Assembly (NCBI GenBank): GCA_964481825.1
Contig: CAYZUE010000001.1
Location: 1-60,902 of the forward strand
DNA from: Candidatus Hydrothermarchaeota archaeon
GTDB lineage: Archaea > Hydrothermarchaeota > Hydrothermarchaeia > Hydrothermarchaeales > JALUUU01
Reading direction: 5' to 3'
Length of the DNA: 60,902 bases
A program made the position numbers and the translations under genes. Position 1 is the stretch's first letter; each line of letters opens with the position of its first letter. Below, piece after piece: positions 14,081 to 24,337 of the stretch. The notes under the pieces are model-generated. The model had not been told where the DNA came from, searched no databases, and worked only from the letters and a program-made list of their open reading frames with translations.

Positions 14081-14590
14081 TTATTTTATAGCAGATAAAA
14101 TAGCTTTGCCAAATTCATTTGCAGATGATGGATCTTGAGCTGTAATTATATTTCCATCTCTTTCAACTTTGGAATCTGTATAAATTGCTTTTTTATCTTT
14201 AATTTTATTAATTTCACTTTGATAAACCGTAGCTTTTTTTCCTATTAACAACCCAGCATTTGCAATTGTTATCGGTGCTATACAAATAGCAGCGAGTATT
14301 TTATTTTTTTCCAGAGTTTCACTAGCAATGTAATGAGCAGTTTTATTATTCCAATATTCAGAAGCACCAGTTCCACCTATAAAAATGATTGCATCATAAT
14401 TTTCGACTTTTATGTCTTTAATTAGAATATCTGGTTGAATTTTAATTCCTAACATTCCTTCTGCAATTTTTAGAGAAGAAGATGCAATAGTAATGTTTAC
14501 TCCATTTTCTTTAAGAATTTTCTTTGGTTCAAGCAACTCTTCGTCTCTAAACTTAGTATGACCAATTATAAAAACAACTTTTTTTTTCAT
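14081..14590 (-). CDS. DJ-1/PfpI family protein
   Basis: 169 aa, IFIGGTG and nucleophile-elbow AAICIAP with conserved Cys. Confidence 0.8.
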   Translation of the reverse strand: MKKKVVFIIGHTKFRDEELLEPKKILKENGVNITIASSSLKIAEGMLGIKIQPDILIKDIKVENYDAIIFIGGTGASEYWNNKTAHYIASETLEKNKILAAICIAPITIANAGLLIGKKATVYQSEINKIKDKKAIYTDSKVERDGNIITAQDPSSANEFGKAILSAIK

Positions 14591-14625
14591 TTTAGAACTA
14601 CCATTTAAATTTTTTTTTCAATATT

Positions 14626-15234
14626 TCACATTTCTCTCACTAAATCAACAAAATTATCGATAATTCTTAGCCCTGCTTTACCACTTTTTTCTGGGTGAAA
14701 TTGAGTGCCTACCATATTTCCTTTACTCACAACTGCGGGTATTTCAACTCCGTAGTGAGTTGTTGCTAAAGTTATTTCTTCTGAAGGTAAAGCATAGTAA
14801 GAATGTACAAAGTAAAAGTATTCTTTACTTTTAATCCCTTTCAGTAAATTATTTTCTGTTTTAATATCTATAGTGTTCCATCCAATATGAGGGATTTTTA
14901 CATTATTAGGTAACTTGACCACACCACCTTTCATCAGTTTTAACCCTTTATGCAATCCATTTTCTTCACTTTGCTCGAAAAATAGTTGCATTCCTAAACA
15001 TATTCCAAATATTAGTTTGTCTTTGCTGTTTTCAATAAGTAGTTTATTAAATGGGTTCAAATTATTCATTGCATCGCAAAATGCACCAACTCCAGGCAAA
15101 ACAATTGCATCACATGTATTTAGAGTATCTTTATCCTTTACTATTACTGCATTAGCCCCATTAAGCTCAAAAGCTTTCTGAGCACTTCTTAAATTTCCTA
15201 CTCCAAAATCAATAATCGCTACTTTTGGTCTCAT
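14626..15234 (-). CDS. hisH: Imidazole glycerol phosphate synthase, glutaminase subunit
   Basis: IIDFGVGNL, GICLGMQ catalytic Cys, VHSYY, QFHPEKS. Confidence 0.92.
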   Translation of the reverse strand: MRPKVAIIDFGVGNLRSAQKAFELNGANAVIVKDKDTLNTCDAIVLPGVGAFCDAMNNLNPFNKLLIENSKDKLIFGICLGMQLFFEQSEENGLHKGLKLMKGGVVKLPNNVKIPHIGWNTIDIKTENNLLKGIKSKEYFYFVHSYYALPSEEITLATTHYGVEIPAVVSKGNMVGTQFHPEKSGKAGLRIIDNFVDLVREM

Positions 15235-15296
15235 TTTTATTTGATATAATATATTTTACATTTGGGTATTAAAGATACCTTCAATCTACAAATTAA

Positions 15297-16097
15297 TCAT
15301 ATCCTGATTGTTACTCCTTTTTTTGCAAGATATTCCTTTATATCACCTACGGTGTATTTTTTGAAGTGAAAAATAGAGGCAGCGAGAGCTGCATCTGCCT
15401 TTCCTTTTGTCAATACTTCATGAATATGCTTAATATCTCCTGCACCACCACTTGCTATTATTGGGATATTTATTTCATTGGCAATCCTCTCAGTTAAAGC
15501 CAAATCAAATCCTTTCTTTGTGCCATCAGCATCCATACTTGTCAGAAGTATTTCTCCAGAACCTAATTTTTCAACGTGTTTTGCCCATTCTATTGCATCA
15601 ATGCCTGTTGATTCTCTCCCCCCATAAATATATGCTTCAAACCAACATTTTCCATTAGAATCGTCTACACAAATCTTATCCTTTTTCAATGTATAATTCC
15701 TTTTGACATCGATAGCTGTGACAATACATTGAGATCCAAACTTTTGCGAGCCTTCTTTTATTATATTTGGATTTTTTACTGCAGCGGTATTTATCGAGAT
15801 TTTATCGGCACCTGCCTTAAGAATTTTTCGAATATCACGTAATTCATTAATTCCCCCACCAACTGTTAATGGAATAAATACCTGTTCTGCGGTTTTCTTA
15901 ACAACATCTATCATAGTCTTCCTCCCCTGTGGAGACGCACTAATATCTAAATAAACTATCTCATCCGCACCTTGAACATCGTACATTTTAGCAAGATTTA
16001 CAGGATTCCCAGCAAATTTTAGATTCTTGAAGTTCACACCTTTTACTACTTTTCCATCTTTAACATCTAAACAAGGTATTATGCGTTTAGTAAGCAT
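15297..16097 (-). CDS. hisF: Imidazole glycerol phosphate synthase, cyclase subunit
   Basis: [43 protein letters not shown]; 266 aa. Confidence 0.94.
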   Translation of the reverse strand: MLTKRIIPCLDVKDGKVVKGVNFKNLKFAGNPVNLAKMYDVQGADEIVYLDISASPQGRKTMIDVVKKTAEQVFIPLTVGGGINELRDIRKILKAGADKISINTAAVKNPNIIKEGSQKFGSQCIVTAIDVKRNYTLKKDKICVDDSNGKCWFEAYIYGGRESTGIDAIEWAKHVEKLGSGEILLTSMDADGTKKGFDLALTERIANEINIPIIASGGAGDIKHIHEVLTKGKADAALAASIFHFKKYTVGDIKEYLAKKGVTIRI

Positions 16098-16221
16098 GAT
16101 TAATTCAGTGATATTTTAACAACAGGTATAAAAATAGTTTGTACTAAGACTATTGTAAAATTCAATTGGAACAAACTCTTTATATCTTTAAAATGAGAAA
16201 TATCGAGAGCATGGTGATAGC

Positions 16222-16452
16222 ATGCGATGGGAAGTGAGGATATCTTATAAAAAAGGAGTTCAAGATCCTGAGGGGGAGTCAACTTTAAAGGGTCTTCGAT
16301 CATTAGGTTTCAATTTAGTAAAAGAAGTTCAGACTTCAAAAGTATTTAGTATACAAGGGGAATATACGAGAAACGATGTTGAACGCATGTGTAAGCAATT
16401 ACTTGTGAATCCTGTTAGTCAAGATTTTAGTATTTTAGAGGTCACTGAATAA
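16222..16452 (+). CDS. purS: Phosphoribosylformylglycinamidine synthase subunit PurS
   Basis: 76 aa, V..KKGVQDPEG pattern; stop abuts the purL start. Confidence 0.85.
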   Translation: MRWEVRISYKKGVQDPEGESTLKGLRSLGFNLVKEVQTSKVFSIQGEYTRNDVERMCKQLLVNPVSQDFSILEVTE

Positions 16453-18774
16453 ATGGGGATCTTAGATGCAAGTGACAAGGAGCTTCTTTTACTGAGTAAT
16501 AAGAAGAATCTGTCACTTAGTCTTTTTGAAATGTTAAAGATAAAAAAGCATTACCTCAAACTTCAAAGAAATCCAACCGATCTTGAACTTGAGACGTTGG
16601 CTCAGACTTGGAGTGAACATTGCGTTCATAAGACTTTCACAAGTAAAGTAGAGTTAAACAATGGCGAATGGATAGATAATCTCCTAAAGAGCACGATTTT
16701 TCGAGTAACTAATGAGTTAAATAAAGATTGGTGTTTTTCAGTTTTTTCAGATAATGCTGGCATCGTTGACTTTGACGGTGATATAGCAATTGCCTTCAAG
16801 GTCGAGACACATAATCATCCTAGTTCACTTGAGCCCTTTGGTGGGGCCTCTACAGGTGTAGGAGGAGTAATTAGGGATATTTTAGGAGTTTGGGGAGACC
16901 CTATTGCAAATACAAATGTTCTATGTTTCGGCCCAATAGATCTTCCGTATAAACAAGTCCCTCAAGGTTTCAAACACCCTAGTTTTGTTTTCTCCTATGT
17001 AACCGCCGGGATAGGTAGTTATGGTAATAATATCGGCATACCTACAGTAAATGGTTCCATCTTTTTCGACGAGAGTTATATCTGTAATCCAATAGTTTTT
17101 TGTGGATCTTTTGGATTAGTCAAAAAGAGCATGTATTTTACCAAATTAAAACCTGGAGATGTTCCACTTCTAATTGGTGGAAAAACAGGTAGGGACGGTA
17201 TTCATGGTGTAACTTTTGCTTCAGCCATTCTTAATGAGAATTCTGAAGAAACTTCTGCAAGTGCAGTCCAGATTGGAGATCCAATCGAAGAAGAGAAAAT
17301 TAAGCGGGGGATTATGCTGGTTCGCGATCTTGCACTGGCAACCGCAATAACAGATTTAGGTGGGGGTGGGCTAAGTTCAGCTGTGGGAGAGACTGCAGAG
17401 AGATCTCGCTGTGGGTGTGAAATTCACTTAGACCGTGTGTCTCTAAAGAATCCTAATATGGAGCCATGGGAAATCTGGACATCTGAATCACAAGAAAGAA
17501 TGCTTATAAGCGTTCCATCAGAAAATTTAGAGAGAGTAATTCAGATATTTGAAGATGAAGATGTAGAAGCAATTCCTCTCGGAGAATTCATCCGCGGCAC
17601 AAAACTAAACATTTATTATAATGGCAAAATCGAAGGCAATCTAGATATCGATTTTATGTTTGATAAGCTTAAAATAAAGAGAAAGGCTAATATTTTAAAA
17701 CCAAAATTTGACATTAAACCTTTGAAGACTAAAAAAGAGTATAACCAGGATTTAATATCCATCTTATCTTCTCCAAATGTTTGCAGTAAAGAGTCAATTA
17801 TTCGAACATATGATCATGAGGTTAAATCTATTACTGTGTTGAAACCATTGCAGGGGATTGATTGTGACGGCCCAGGGGATGCAGCTGTCCTCAAACCCTT
17901 ATCAAATTCTTGGAAAGGGATTGCAATATCTAATGGAATTAATCCTGAGTATGGTAAAATAGACCCTTATCGAATGGCAGCTTCAGCCATTGATGAGGCT
18001 ATAAGGAATAACATCTCTGTTGGAGGAAGGAGAATTGCATTGTTAGATAACTTCACCTGGGGAAATCCTGAGAACCCGGATTGTATGGGCAGTCTTACTA
18101 TGGCTGCTCGAGCCTGTTATGATATAGCATTAGGTTTAGACACTCCTTTTATCTCAGGGAAAGATAGTTTGTATAACGAATCAAATTCTGGTCCAGTAAC
18201 ACCAACATTGTTAATTTCTGCTTTGGGGATTTTGCCTGATGTAAGGAAAGCGATTAGTATGGATATTAAAAAGGCCGGTAATCCAATTTATATTGTTGGC
18301 AAAACTTACGAAGAGTTAGGAGGGTCGCATTATTATAAGATCAATAATCATCTTGCTAATAATCCTCCAAATGTTAATCCATTAAGAGCAAAAGGATCAT
18401 ATGATGCTATTATAGATGCTATTGATCATAGCTTGATCAAATCTTGTCACGATTTATCTGAGGGAGGGCTTGCTGTTGGCGCAGCTGAGATGGCTTTTGC
18501 TGGAGGAATAGGTCTGGATATTAAATTAAAAAAAGTCCCTAAGACGGATATGAGAGAGGATCATGTCATGTTTTCAGAGTCCAATAGCAGATTCATCGTT
18601 GAGATTGATAGAAAAAAAGCAAATAAATTTGAAGAGTTTATGAATGGTAATGTCATTGCATGTATTGGTAAAACTACAAAAAATAAAGATCTTATAATTC
18701 GGGGGATGAGTTCAAATTTAATAAAATCCGATCTTTATACTTTAAAAGAGGCTTGGCAACGAACTTTAAGGTGA
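16453..18774 (+). CDS. purL: Phosphoribosylformylglycinamidine synthase subunit PurL (FGAM synthase II)
   Basis: WSEHCVHK, VETHNHPS, GGVIRD, duplicated PurM-like domains, 773 aa. Confidence 0.94.
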   Translation: MGILDASDKELLLLSNKKNLSLSLFEMLKIKKHYLKLQRNPTDLELETLAQTWSEHCVHKTFTSKVELNNGEWIDNLLKSTIFRVTNELNKDWCFSVFSDNAGIVDFDGDIAIAFKVETHNHPSSLEPFGGASTGVGGVIRDILGVWGDPIANTNVLCFGPIDLPYKQVPQGFKHPSFVFSYVTAGIGSYGNNIGIPTVNGSIFFDESYICNPIVFCGSFGLVKKSMYFTKLKPGDVPLLIGGKTGRDGIHGVTFASAILNENSEETSASAVQIGDPIEEEKIKRGIMLVRDLALATAITDLGGGGLSSAVGETAERSRCGCEIHLDRVSLKNPNMEPWEIWTSESQERMLISVPSENLERVIQIFEDEDVEAIPLGEFIRGTKLNIYYNGKIEGNLDIDFMFDKLKIKRKANILKPKFDIKPLKTKKEYNQDLISILSSPNVCSKESIIRTYDHEVKSITVLKPLQGIDCDGPGDAAVLKPLSNSWKGIAISNGINPEYGKIDPYRMAASAIDEAIRNNISVGGRRIALLDNFTWGNPENPDCMGSLTMAARACYDIALGLDTPFISGKDSLYNESNSGPVTPTLLISALGILPDVRKAISMDIKKAGNPIYIVGKTYEELGGSHYYKINNHLANNPPNVNPLRAKGSYDAIIDAIDHSLIKSCHDLSEGGLAVGAAEMAFAGGIGLDIKLKKVPKTDMREDHVMFSESNSRFIVEIDRKKANKFEEFMNGNVIACIGKTTKNKDLIIRGMSSNLIKSDLYTLKEAWQRTLR

Positions 18775-18778
18775 ATAA

Positions 18779-19588
18779 ATGAATGTTAAGGATATTGAGT
18801 TCTGTATTATACGAGCTCCTGGAACAAACTGCGATACTGAGACCTCTTATTCTTTGGAATTTTTCGGATGTAAGGCGTCAGTGATTCATGTAAATAAATT
18901 TATCAGAGGAGATATTGATATAAAGTCCTTCCATGGACTAGTAATACCTGGAGGATTTTCTTATGGTGACCATATCCGGAGTGGTGCTATTCTAGGGAAG
19001 CTTTTAAAAAATAATTTGGGCGAATCACTTGTAGATTTTGTTGACGAAGGTAAACTCATTCTTGGGATATGTAATGGTTTTCAGGTTTTAGTAGAAATGG
19101 GGATTTTGCCTGGTACAAAGGGATTTACTCAAGATCCTACAATAGCATTAGGAAAAAACATCTCTAATCAGTTTGAAGATCGTTGGGTGTATCTTCGAAA
19201 TGATAATGAGGGAAGATGTATATTTTCTAAAGGAATCAAACTGGTTAGAGTGCCTGTGAATCATGGAGAGGGCAAAGTAATTCTTCCCTTTGGAAGAGAG
19301 GAAGATACTCTAAAAAAGCTTATAAAGAAAGATCAGGTTGTCTTCCGTTATGCTAATCCAGATGGTAGTTCTGCTAACGGGAACTATCCTTTCAATCCGA
19401 ATAGTTCATTTAGCGATATTGCTGGTATTTGCGATCCAAGCGGCCAAATTTTAGGAATGATGCCCCATCCTGAAAAGGCTTTTCATCGTATAACTTATCC
19501 AGATTGGACTAGAACTGGATTAGATGGGATGGGTGATGGCTACTTGATTTTTAAAAACATGATTGACTATTTAAAAAATAAGTTCTGA
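18779..19588 (+). CDS. purQ: Phosphoribosylformylglycinamidine synthase glutaminase subunit PurQ
   Basis: PGTNCD, PGGFSYGD, GICNGFQ catalytic Cys, MMPHPE. Confidence 0.92.
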   Translation: MNVKDIEFCIIRAPGTNCDTETSYSLEFFGCKASVIHVNKFIRGDIDIKSFHGLVIPGGFSYGDHIRSGAILGKLLKNNLGESLVDFVDEGKLILGICNGFQVLVEMGILPGTKGFTQDPTIALGKNISNQFEDRWVYLRNDNEGRCIFSKGIKLVRVPVNHGEGKVILPFGREEDTLKKLIKKDQVVFRYANPDGSSANGNYPFNPNSSFSDIAGICDPSGQILGMMPHPEKAFHRITYPDWTRTGLDGMGDGYLIFKNMIDYLKNKF

Positions 19589-19612
19589 TTTGATAATTTT
19601 TAAAATAAATTA

Positions 19613-20308
19613 TTATTTACAGACTCTCCTTTTCACTTCTTTGTAAAATTCAATCACATTTCCGAGGTCCTGCCTAAATCGGTCTTTGTCTAAAATCTCT
19701 TTAGTTTCAGCATCCCAAAATCTACATGTGTCAGGTGAAATCTCATCTCCAAGCAATAATTCCCCCTCGTTAGTTCTTCCAAATTCCAACTTAAAATCTA
19801 CTAATATTATGTCTTTAGATATTAAAAAATCTTGAAGTATTTTGTTTATATCCATAGTCATCTGTCTCATTTCTTCTAGATCTTGGTGTGTTGCAACTCC
19901 TAAGGCTATTGCAATGTCATCATTCAACATAGGGTCATGATAATCATCACTTTTATACCCAAATTCAATAGTTGGTGGGACAAGATGTTGTCCGTCTTCA
20001 AAAGGAAATCGCTTCACTAAGCTGCCAGTTGCAATGTTTCTACAGATAACTTCTAGTAGTATAATCTTAAGCTTTTTTACTATGAACTTATTTGGTTTTT
20101 GAAAATCTATTAAATGGGTTTTAACCCCATTTTTTTCAACCAATTTTAAAAGAGCTGCGCTAATTTCAGCATTAAGAGACCCTTTCCCACTCTTTGTGTC
20201 TTTTTTAGTTCCATCTCCAGCGGTGAGGTCATCTCTAAATTCAATAAGTAGAGTATTATCTTCATTCTCATAAACACTTTTTGCTTTGCCCGAGTAAATA
20301 AGTTTCAT
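19613..20308 (-). CDS. purC: SAICAR synthetase
   Basis: LIYSGKAKSVY, RDDLTAGDG, LVDFKLEFG, SPDTCRFWD. Confidence 0.92.
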   Translation of the reverse strand: MKLIYSGKAKSVYENEDNTLLIEFRDDLTAGDGTKKDTKSGKGSLNAEISAALLKLVEKNGVKTHLIDFQKPNKFIVKKLKIILLEVICRNIATGSLVKRFPFEDGQHLVPPTIEFGYKSDDYHDPMLNDDIAIALGVATHQDLEEMRQMTMDINKILQDFLISKDIILVDFKLEFGRTNEGELLLGDEISPDTCRFWDAETKEILDKDRFRQDLGNVIEFYKEVKRRVCK

Positions 20309-20386
20309 AATTATAATTTAAAAGACGGGATAATAAATATTTTTTCTATAGAAAAAATTATGTTAAGTGTCAGATGATACAATTTC

Positions 20387-22537
20387 ATGCGAATTGAAGA
20401 TCTATCTAATTATGGCTTACCTTCTAATGTAATAGATGTTATCCATGATTCAGGTATTTCAAATCTTTATCCACCACAGAAGGAAGCTGTGCTCAATGGT
20501 TTGCTTGAACTAAAAAGATCTTTTATAATTAGTGTTCCTACCGCAAGTGGAAAGACTTTGATAGCCGAGATTCTAATGATCAAAGCACTCATTAAAATGA
20601 AGGGGAAATGTCTTTATGTAGTTCCGCTTCGTGCTTTAGCAAGAGAGAAATTTGAAGACTTTAAAAAATATGAAGCAATTGGATTTCGAGTAGCTATTTC
20701 TACAGGCGATTTAGATTCTAAAGAAGGATGGTTAGAAAACTTTGATTTAATTGTTGCAACAAGCGAGAAAGCAAATTCATTACTAAGGCATAAGGCTGGA
20801 TGGCTCAGTGAGATTAATGTTTTAGCAGTGGATGAAATACATCTGATTAATGATTCTCGTAGGGGGCCTACGTTAGAAATTGTAATTACAAAGCTACTCC
20901 ATATTAATCCAAAACTTCTAATCCTGGGGTTAAGTGCTACTATTAATAATGCTGCTGAAATTGCGTCATGGTTAAATGCAAAGTTAATTTCAATGGATTG
21001 GCGACCAGTTGAACTTCGTGAAGGTGTTTTTTATGATGACTCCATATTTTTTAGTGATTCAAAACTTCAAGAAGTTGAAACAACGTGTAAAAGTCAAATT
21101 ATAAATCTTGTTTTAGAGACTATTAAAGACGGAGATCAAGGCCTAATATTTGTTAACACTCGACGATCTGCGGAGAGAGTTTCCCTCGATGCTTCCAAAG
21201 AAACATCAAAATTTCTTAAGAAAACAGAATCGAATAAACTTAAAAGACTCTCAAAATTAGTTAAAGGATCTCTAGAAGAATCTAATAAGATTTCTATTCG
21301 ATTGAGTAAAGCTTTAGAGGGGGGTTCAGCCTTTCATCATGCTGGCTTATCTTCAAAACAGCGGAAAATAATTGAAGATGGATTTAAGGATAATCTGATT
21401 AAAGTAATTGTTGCTACACCAACCTTGGCTGCTGGTGTAAATCTTCCTGCAAGACGAGTTGTTATAAGAGATTATACGAGATATGATGTAAATCTTGGCA
21501 GAATCAAGATTCCTATTCTTGAATATAAGCAGCAAGCAGGAAGAGCAGGAAGACCAAAATACGATGAGTATGGCGAGGCTGTTTTAATAGCAAGGACTGC
21601 TGATGAACGATCTTTACTCCTTGATAATTATATTTTAGGAGTTCCGGAAGATATCTCTTCAAAATTAGCTGTTGAATCTACTTTAAGAACCCATGTTTTA
21701 GCAGTAATTGCAATGGATTTTTGTAATAGTTTTTATTCTGTAGTGGACTTTTTTTCTAAAACTTTCTTTGTTCATCAAAATGAACCAAGTATCCTTGAAG
21801 ATTTTATCCAAAATATCCTTGAATTTCTTGTAAATCAAGGGTTATGTAAAATGGATAAGGAGATGATTATAGCAACAAAATTTGGAAAACGCGTATCAGA
21901 ACTTTATATTGATCCAATTAGTGCAATCACTCTTCGTGATGGAATGTTCCAAGCTCAGAAGAAAACTACTATTAACTTCTCCCTTCTCCATCTTTTATCA
22001 TCAGTAACTGAGATGGGTAGACTTTATTTAAGGAAGAAGGATTATGATGGTTGTGTTAAAGAGGCATATCAAAATGAAAAATATTTTCTCGTAGAGATGC
22101 CGAATCAACTAGCAGAACCTTGGATTTTTGAGGATTTTCTTACGCAAGTGAAGTCTTCAATGTTCTTTCAAGATTGGATTAATGAAAAAAACGAAGACTA
22201 TCTATTTAATAAATACAACTTAGGTCAAGGCGATATCAGGGTAAAAGTCAATCTTGCAGATTGGATCCTCTATTCAGCATATGAAATTGGTCTACTTTTT
22301 AAGTTTTCAAAGCTTAAGGATATCCTAATTCTCCGAAATAGAATTCGATATGGTGTTAAAGACAATATTTTAGATTTAGTTTCGCTTCGTAACATAGGTA
22401 GGGCAAGAGCTAGAAAATTGTATAATGCCGATTATAAAACATTGTCTGATTTGAAGATTGCAAGGGAAGAGGATCTGGCAAGAGTTCCCCTTGTAGGTCG
22501 TAAGATAGCTGAAAGTATTAAGAAGCAGCTTGGCTGA
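20387..22537 (+). CDS. hel308: Ski2-like DNA helicase Hel308
   Basis: Walker A PTASGKT, DEIH box (VDEIHLIND), SAT, HHAGL, QQAGRAGR; C-terminal winged-helix/ratchet/HhH region; 716 aa. Confidence 0.9.
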   Translation: MRIEDLSNYGLPSNVIDVIHDSGISNLYPPQKEAVLNGLLELKRSFIISVPTASGKTLIAEILMIKALIKMKGKCLYVVPLRALAREKFEDFKKYEAIGFRVAISTGDLDSKEGWLENFDLIVATSEKANSLLRHKAGWLSEINVLAVDEIHLINDSRRGPTLEIVITKLLHINPKLLILGLSATINNAAEIASWLNAKLISMDWRPVELREGVFYDDSIFFSDSKLQEVETTCKSQIINLVLETIKDGDQGLIFVNTRRSAERVSLDASKETSKFLKKTESNKLKRLSKLVKGSLEESNKISIRLSKALEGGSAFHHAGLSSKQRKIIEDGFKDNLIKVIVATPTLAAGVNLPARRVVIRDYTRYDVNLGRIKIPILEYKQQAGRAGRPKYDEYGEAVLIARTADERSLLLDNYILGVPEDISSKLAVESTLRTHVLAVIAMDFCNSFYSVVDFFSKTFFVHQNEPSILEDFIQNILEFLVNQGLCKMDKEMIIATKFGKRVSELYIDPISAITLRDGMFQAQKKTTINFSLLHLLSSVTEMGRLYLRKKDYDGCVKEAYQNEKYFLVEMPNQLAEPWIFEDFLTQVKSSMFFQDWINEKNEDYLFNKYNLGQGDIRVKVNLADWILYSAYEIGLLFKFSKLKDILILRNRIRYGVKDNILDLVSLRNIGRARARKLYNADYKTLSDLKIAREEDLARVPLVGRKIAESIKKQLG

Positions 22538-22548
22538 GGTGCAAAGAC

Positions 22549-22926
22549 ATGATTAGGGTCCCTTCCATAGTGGTGAATTGGACGAACAAAGAGGTTTATT
22601 ATGACGCGTTGCTAGAGGAGGGTATAAAGCTGGACAGCAGCACCTATCAGGACTTCACAAATCCAAGGGCGTACTACATTGAGAAGGGTGTTGCTGTAGT
22701 ACCGATAGTCGCCTTCGAGTCCAGGTTTGATAATCACAGGAAATCTCTATCTCTCGCAAATAAAAGTGCTAGGGCAAAGGTACCCTTTCACCTTGCACTC
22801 CATCCACAAAACCTCGGCCCTCAAGAACTCTCAGATCTGGAAGATTTTCTAGATGTCATTGAGACGAGACACGAAGTCACATATCTGAACTTAGAGGATG
22901 TTCAGAGCTATTACTCCACGATGTAA
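22549..22926 (+). CDS. Hypothetical protein (125 aa), possibly a truncated glycoside-hydrolase/deacetylase-like C-terminal fragment
   Basis: ORF 11 nt after the hel308 stop, preceded by GAGGTG. Only a weak resemblance (FHLALHP...VTYLNLEDV) to the C-terminal ends of deacetylase-fold proteins. Confidence 0.45.
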   Translation: MIRVPSIVVNWTNKEVYYDALLEEGIKLDSSTYQDFTNPRAYYIEKGVAVVPIVAFESRFDNHRKSLSLANKSARAKVPFHLALHPQNLGPQELSDLEDFLDVIETRHEVTYLNLEDVQSYYSTM

Positions 22927-22990
22927 AATGAAAAAACATATTAATTTCTATGAATAAACTTTATTATCAAACAAATTTAGAACATAAAAA

Positions 22991-24337
22991 ATGGCGATTC
23001 ACCCAATAGATTACAGGTATGGGAGTAAGGAAATGCGTCAAATATTCGAAGAAGAGGCGCGACTCCAAAGATGGCTTGATGTTGAATCAGCACTCGCAAG
23101 AGCTAATGCAGCCGTGGGCCGCATTTCGAATCTTGATGCTGAGGAAATAACCGATAAAGCGAGTATCAACTACGTAAAAGTCGACAGAGTAAAGGAAATC
23201 GAGGCCGATATTAAGCATGATTTAATGGCGATGGTTGAAGCATTATCTGAGGTCTGTGGCAAATCTGGAAGAGGTGTTCATCTTGGGGCTACTTCTTACG
23301 ATATTATTGATACGTCCAATGCGTTACAATTCAAATCAGCTCTAAAGATCATTAAAAAAGACCTCTTTGATATAGAAGGAATTCTATTAGGACTAGCTAA
23401 AAAACACAAGAGTTTAGTAGCCATTGGAAGAACTCATGGACAACATGCAACCCCTATAACCTACGGATTAAAATTTGCTATATGGTCTAGGGAGATTAGA
23501 CGTCATATTAAACGTTTAATTGAATCGGAGAGAAGGGTATTAGTTGGAAAAATGTCCGGTGCGGTTGGTACTCAGGCTGCATTTGGAGTTTATGGGATTA
23601 AGATCCAAGATTTAGTCATGCGTGATTTAGGTTTGAAAGCTGCCATGGTTTCAAGTCAGGTTGTACAAAGGGATCGTTATGCAGAGCTTTTAATGGGTTT
23701 AGCTTTAATTTCCGCATCCTGCGATAAAATTGGAAAAGAAATTCGTAATCTTATGAGGACTGAAATTGCTGAGGTAAGCGAAGTATTTGGTAAAGAGCAG
23801 GTAGGTAGTTCAACCATGCCCCAAAAGCGGAATCCTATTGATAGCGAGAAGGTTTGCGGTTTATCTAGAGTAGTTAAAAGCAATGTTTTTATTGGTCTTG
23901 AAAATGTATCGTTGGAACATGAACGGGATTTAACTAATTCTTCATCCGAAAGGGTTGTTCTTCCTGAAACTTTTATTTTATTAGATGAAATATTAAAGAC
24001 ATTAAAAAATGTTTTAAATAACCTTGTTATTCATCCTAAAAAAATTAAAGAAAATCTTGAGCTTTCAAAAGGATTGAATATGGCAGAAGCCGTTATGGTT
24101 GCCCTTTCTCTTTCTGGAATGCCTCGACAGGAAGCTCATGCGTTGATTAGAAAACTATCTGCTGAAGCATCTTTGAATAAAACCAATTTATTAGAGATCC
24201 TAAGACATAGTAAGGAGGTGTCAAACTTTCTTGATAAAGAGAGTTTGAATGAAATAGTTTCTCCAGAAGATTATATTGGGACTGCTGTTAAGCAGGTTGA
24301 GAAAGTGCTTATGTTTGCAAAGAATGACAGAAAATAA
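22991..24337 (+). CDS. purB: Adenylosuccinate lyase
   Basis: Fumarate-lyase signature GSSTMPQKRNP, TSYDIIDT, 448 aa. Confidence 0.94.
   Translation: MAIHPIDYRYGSKEMRQIFEEEARLQRWLDVESALARANAAVGRISNLDAEEITDKASINYVKVDRVKEIEADIKHDLMAMVEALSEVCGKSGRGVHLGATSYDIIDTSNALQFKSALKIIKKDLFDIEGILLGLAKKHKSLVAIGRTHGQHATPITYGLKFAIWSREIRRHIKRLIESERRVLVGKMSGAVGTQAAFGVYGIKIQDLVMRDLGLKAAMVSSQVVQRDRYAELLMGLALISASCDKIGKEIRNLMRTEIAEVSEVFGKEQVGSSTMPQKRNPIDSEKVCGLSRVVKSNVFIGLENVSLEHERDLTNSSSERVVLPETFILLDEILKTLKNVLNNLVIHPKKIKENLELSKGLNMAEAVMVALSLSGMPRQEAHALIRKLSAEASLNKTNLLEILRHSKEVSNFLDKESLNEIVSPEDYIGTAVKQVEKVLMFAKNDRK

Noticed and set aside
16100-16303. 67-aa minus-strand ORF in the hisF/purS divergent region.
   Set aside because: It overlaps the purS start, has no motif, and occupies the spacer needed for two divergent promoters.
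22549-22926. Apparent GC enrichment (about 43-48% in the stretches I counted) suggested horizontal acquisition of the orphan ORF.
   Set aside because: Hand counts of the starts of gyrB and purB give similar values (about 40-45%). The ORF is therefore not clearly an outlier relative to other coding sequence, and a proper windowed GC and codon-usage calculation is needed.
24276-24323. Upstream extension of the methyltransferase ORF that overlaps purB by 62 nt.
   Set aside because: The extension (MGLLLSRLRKCLCLQR) is just the alternative frame of the purB 3' end. The ATG at 24324 gives a normal N-terminus before motif I.
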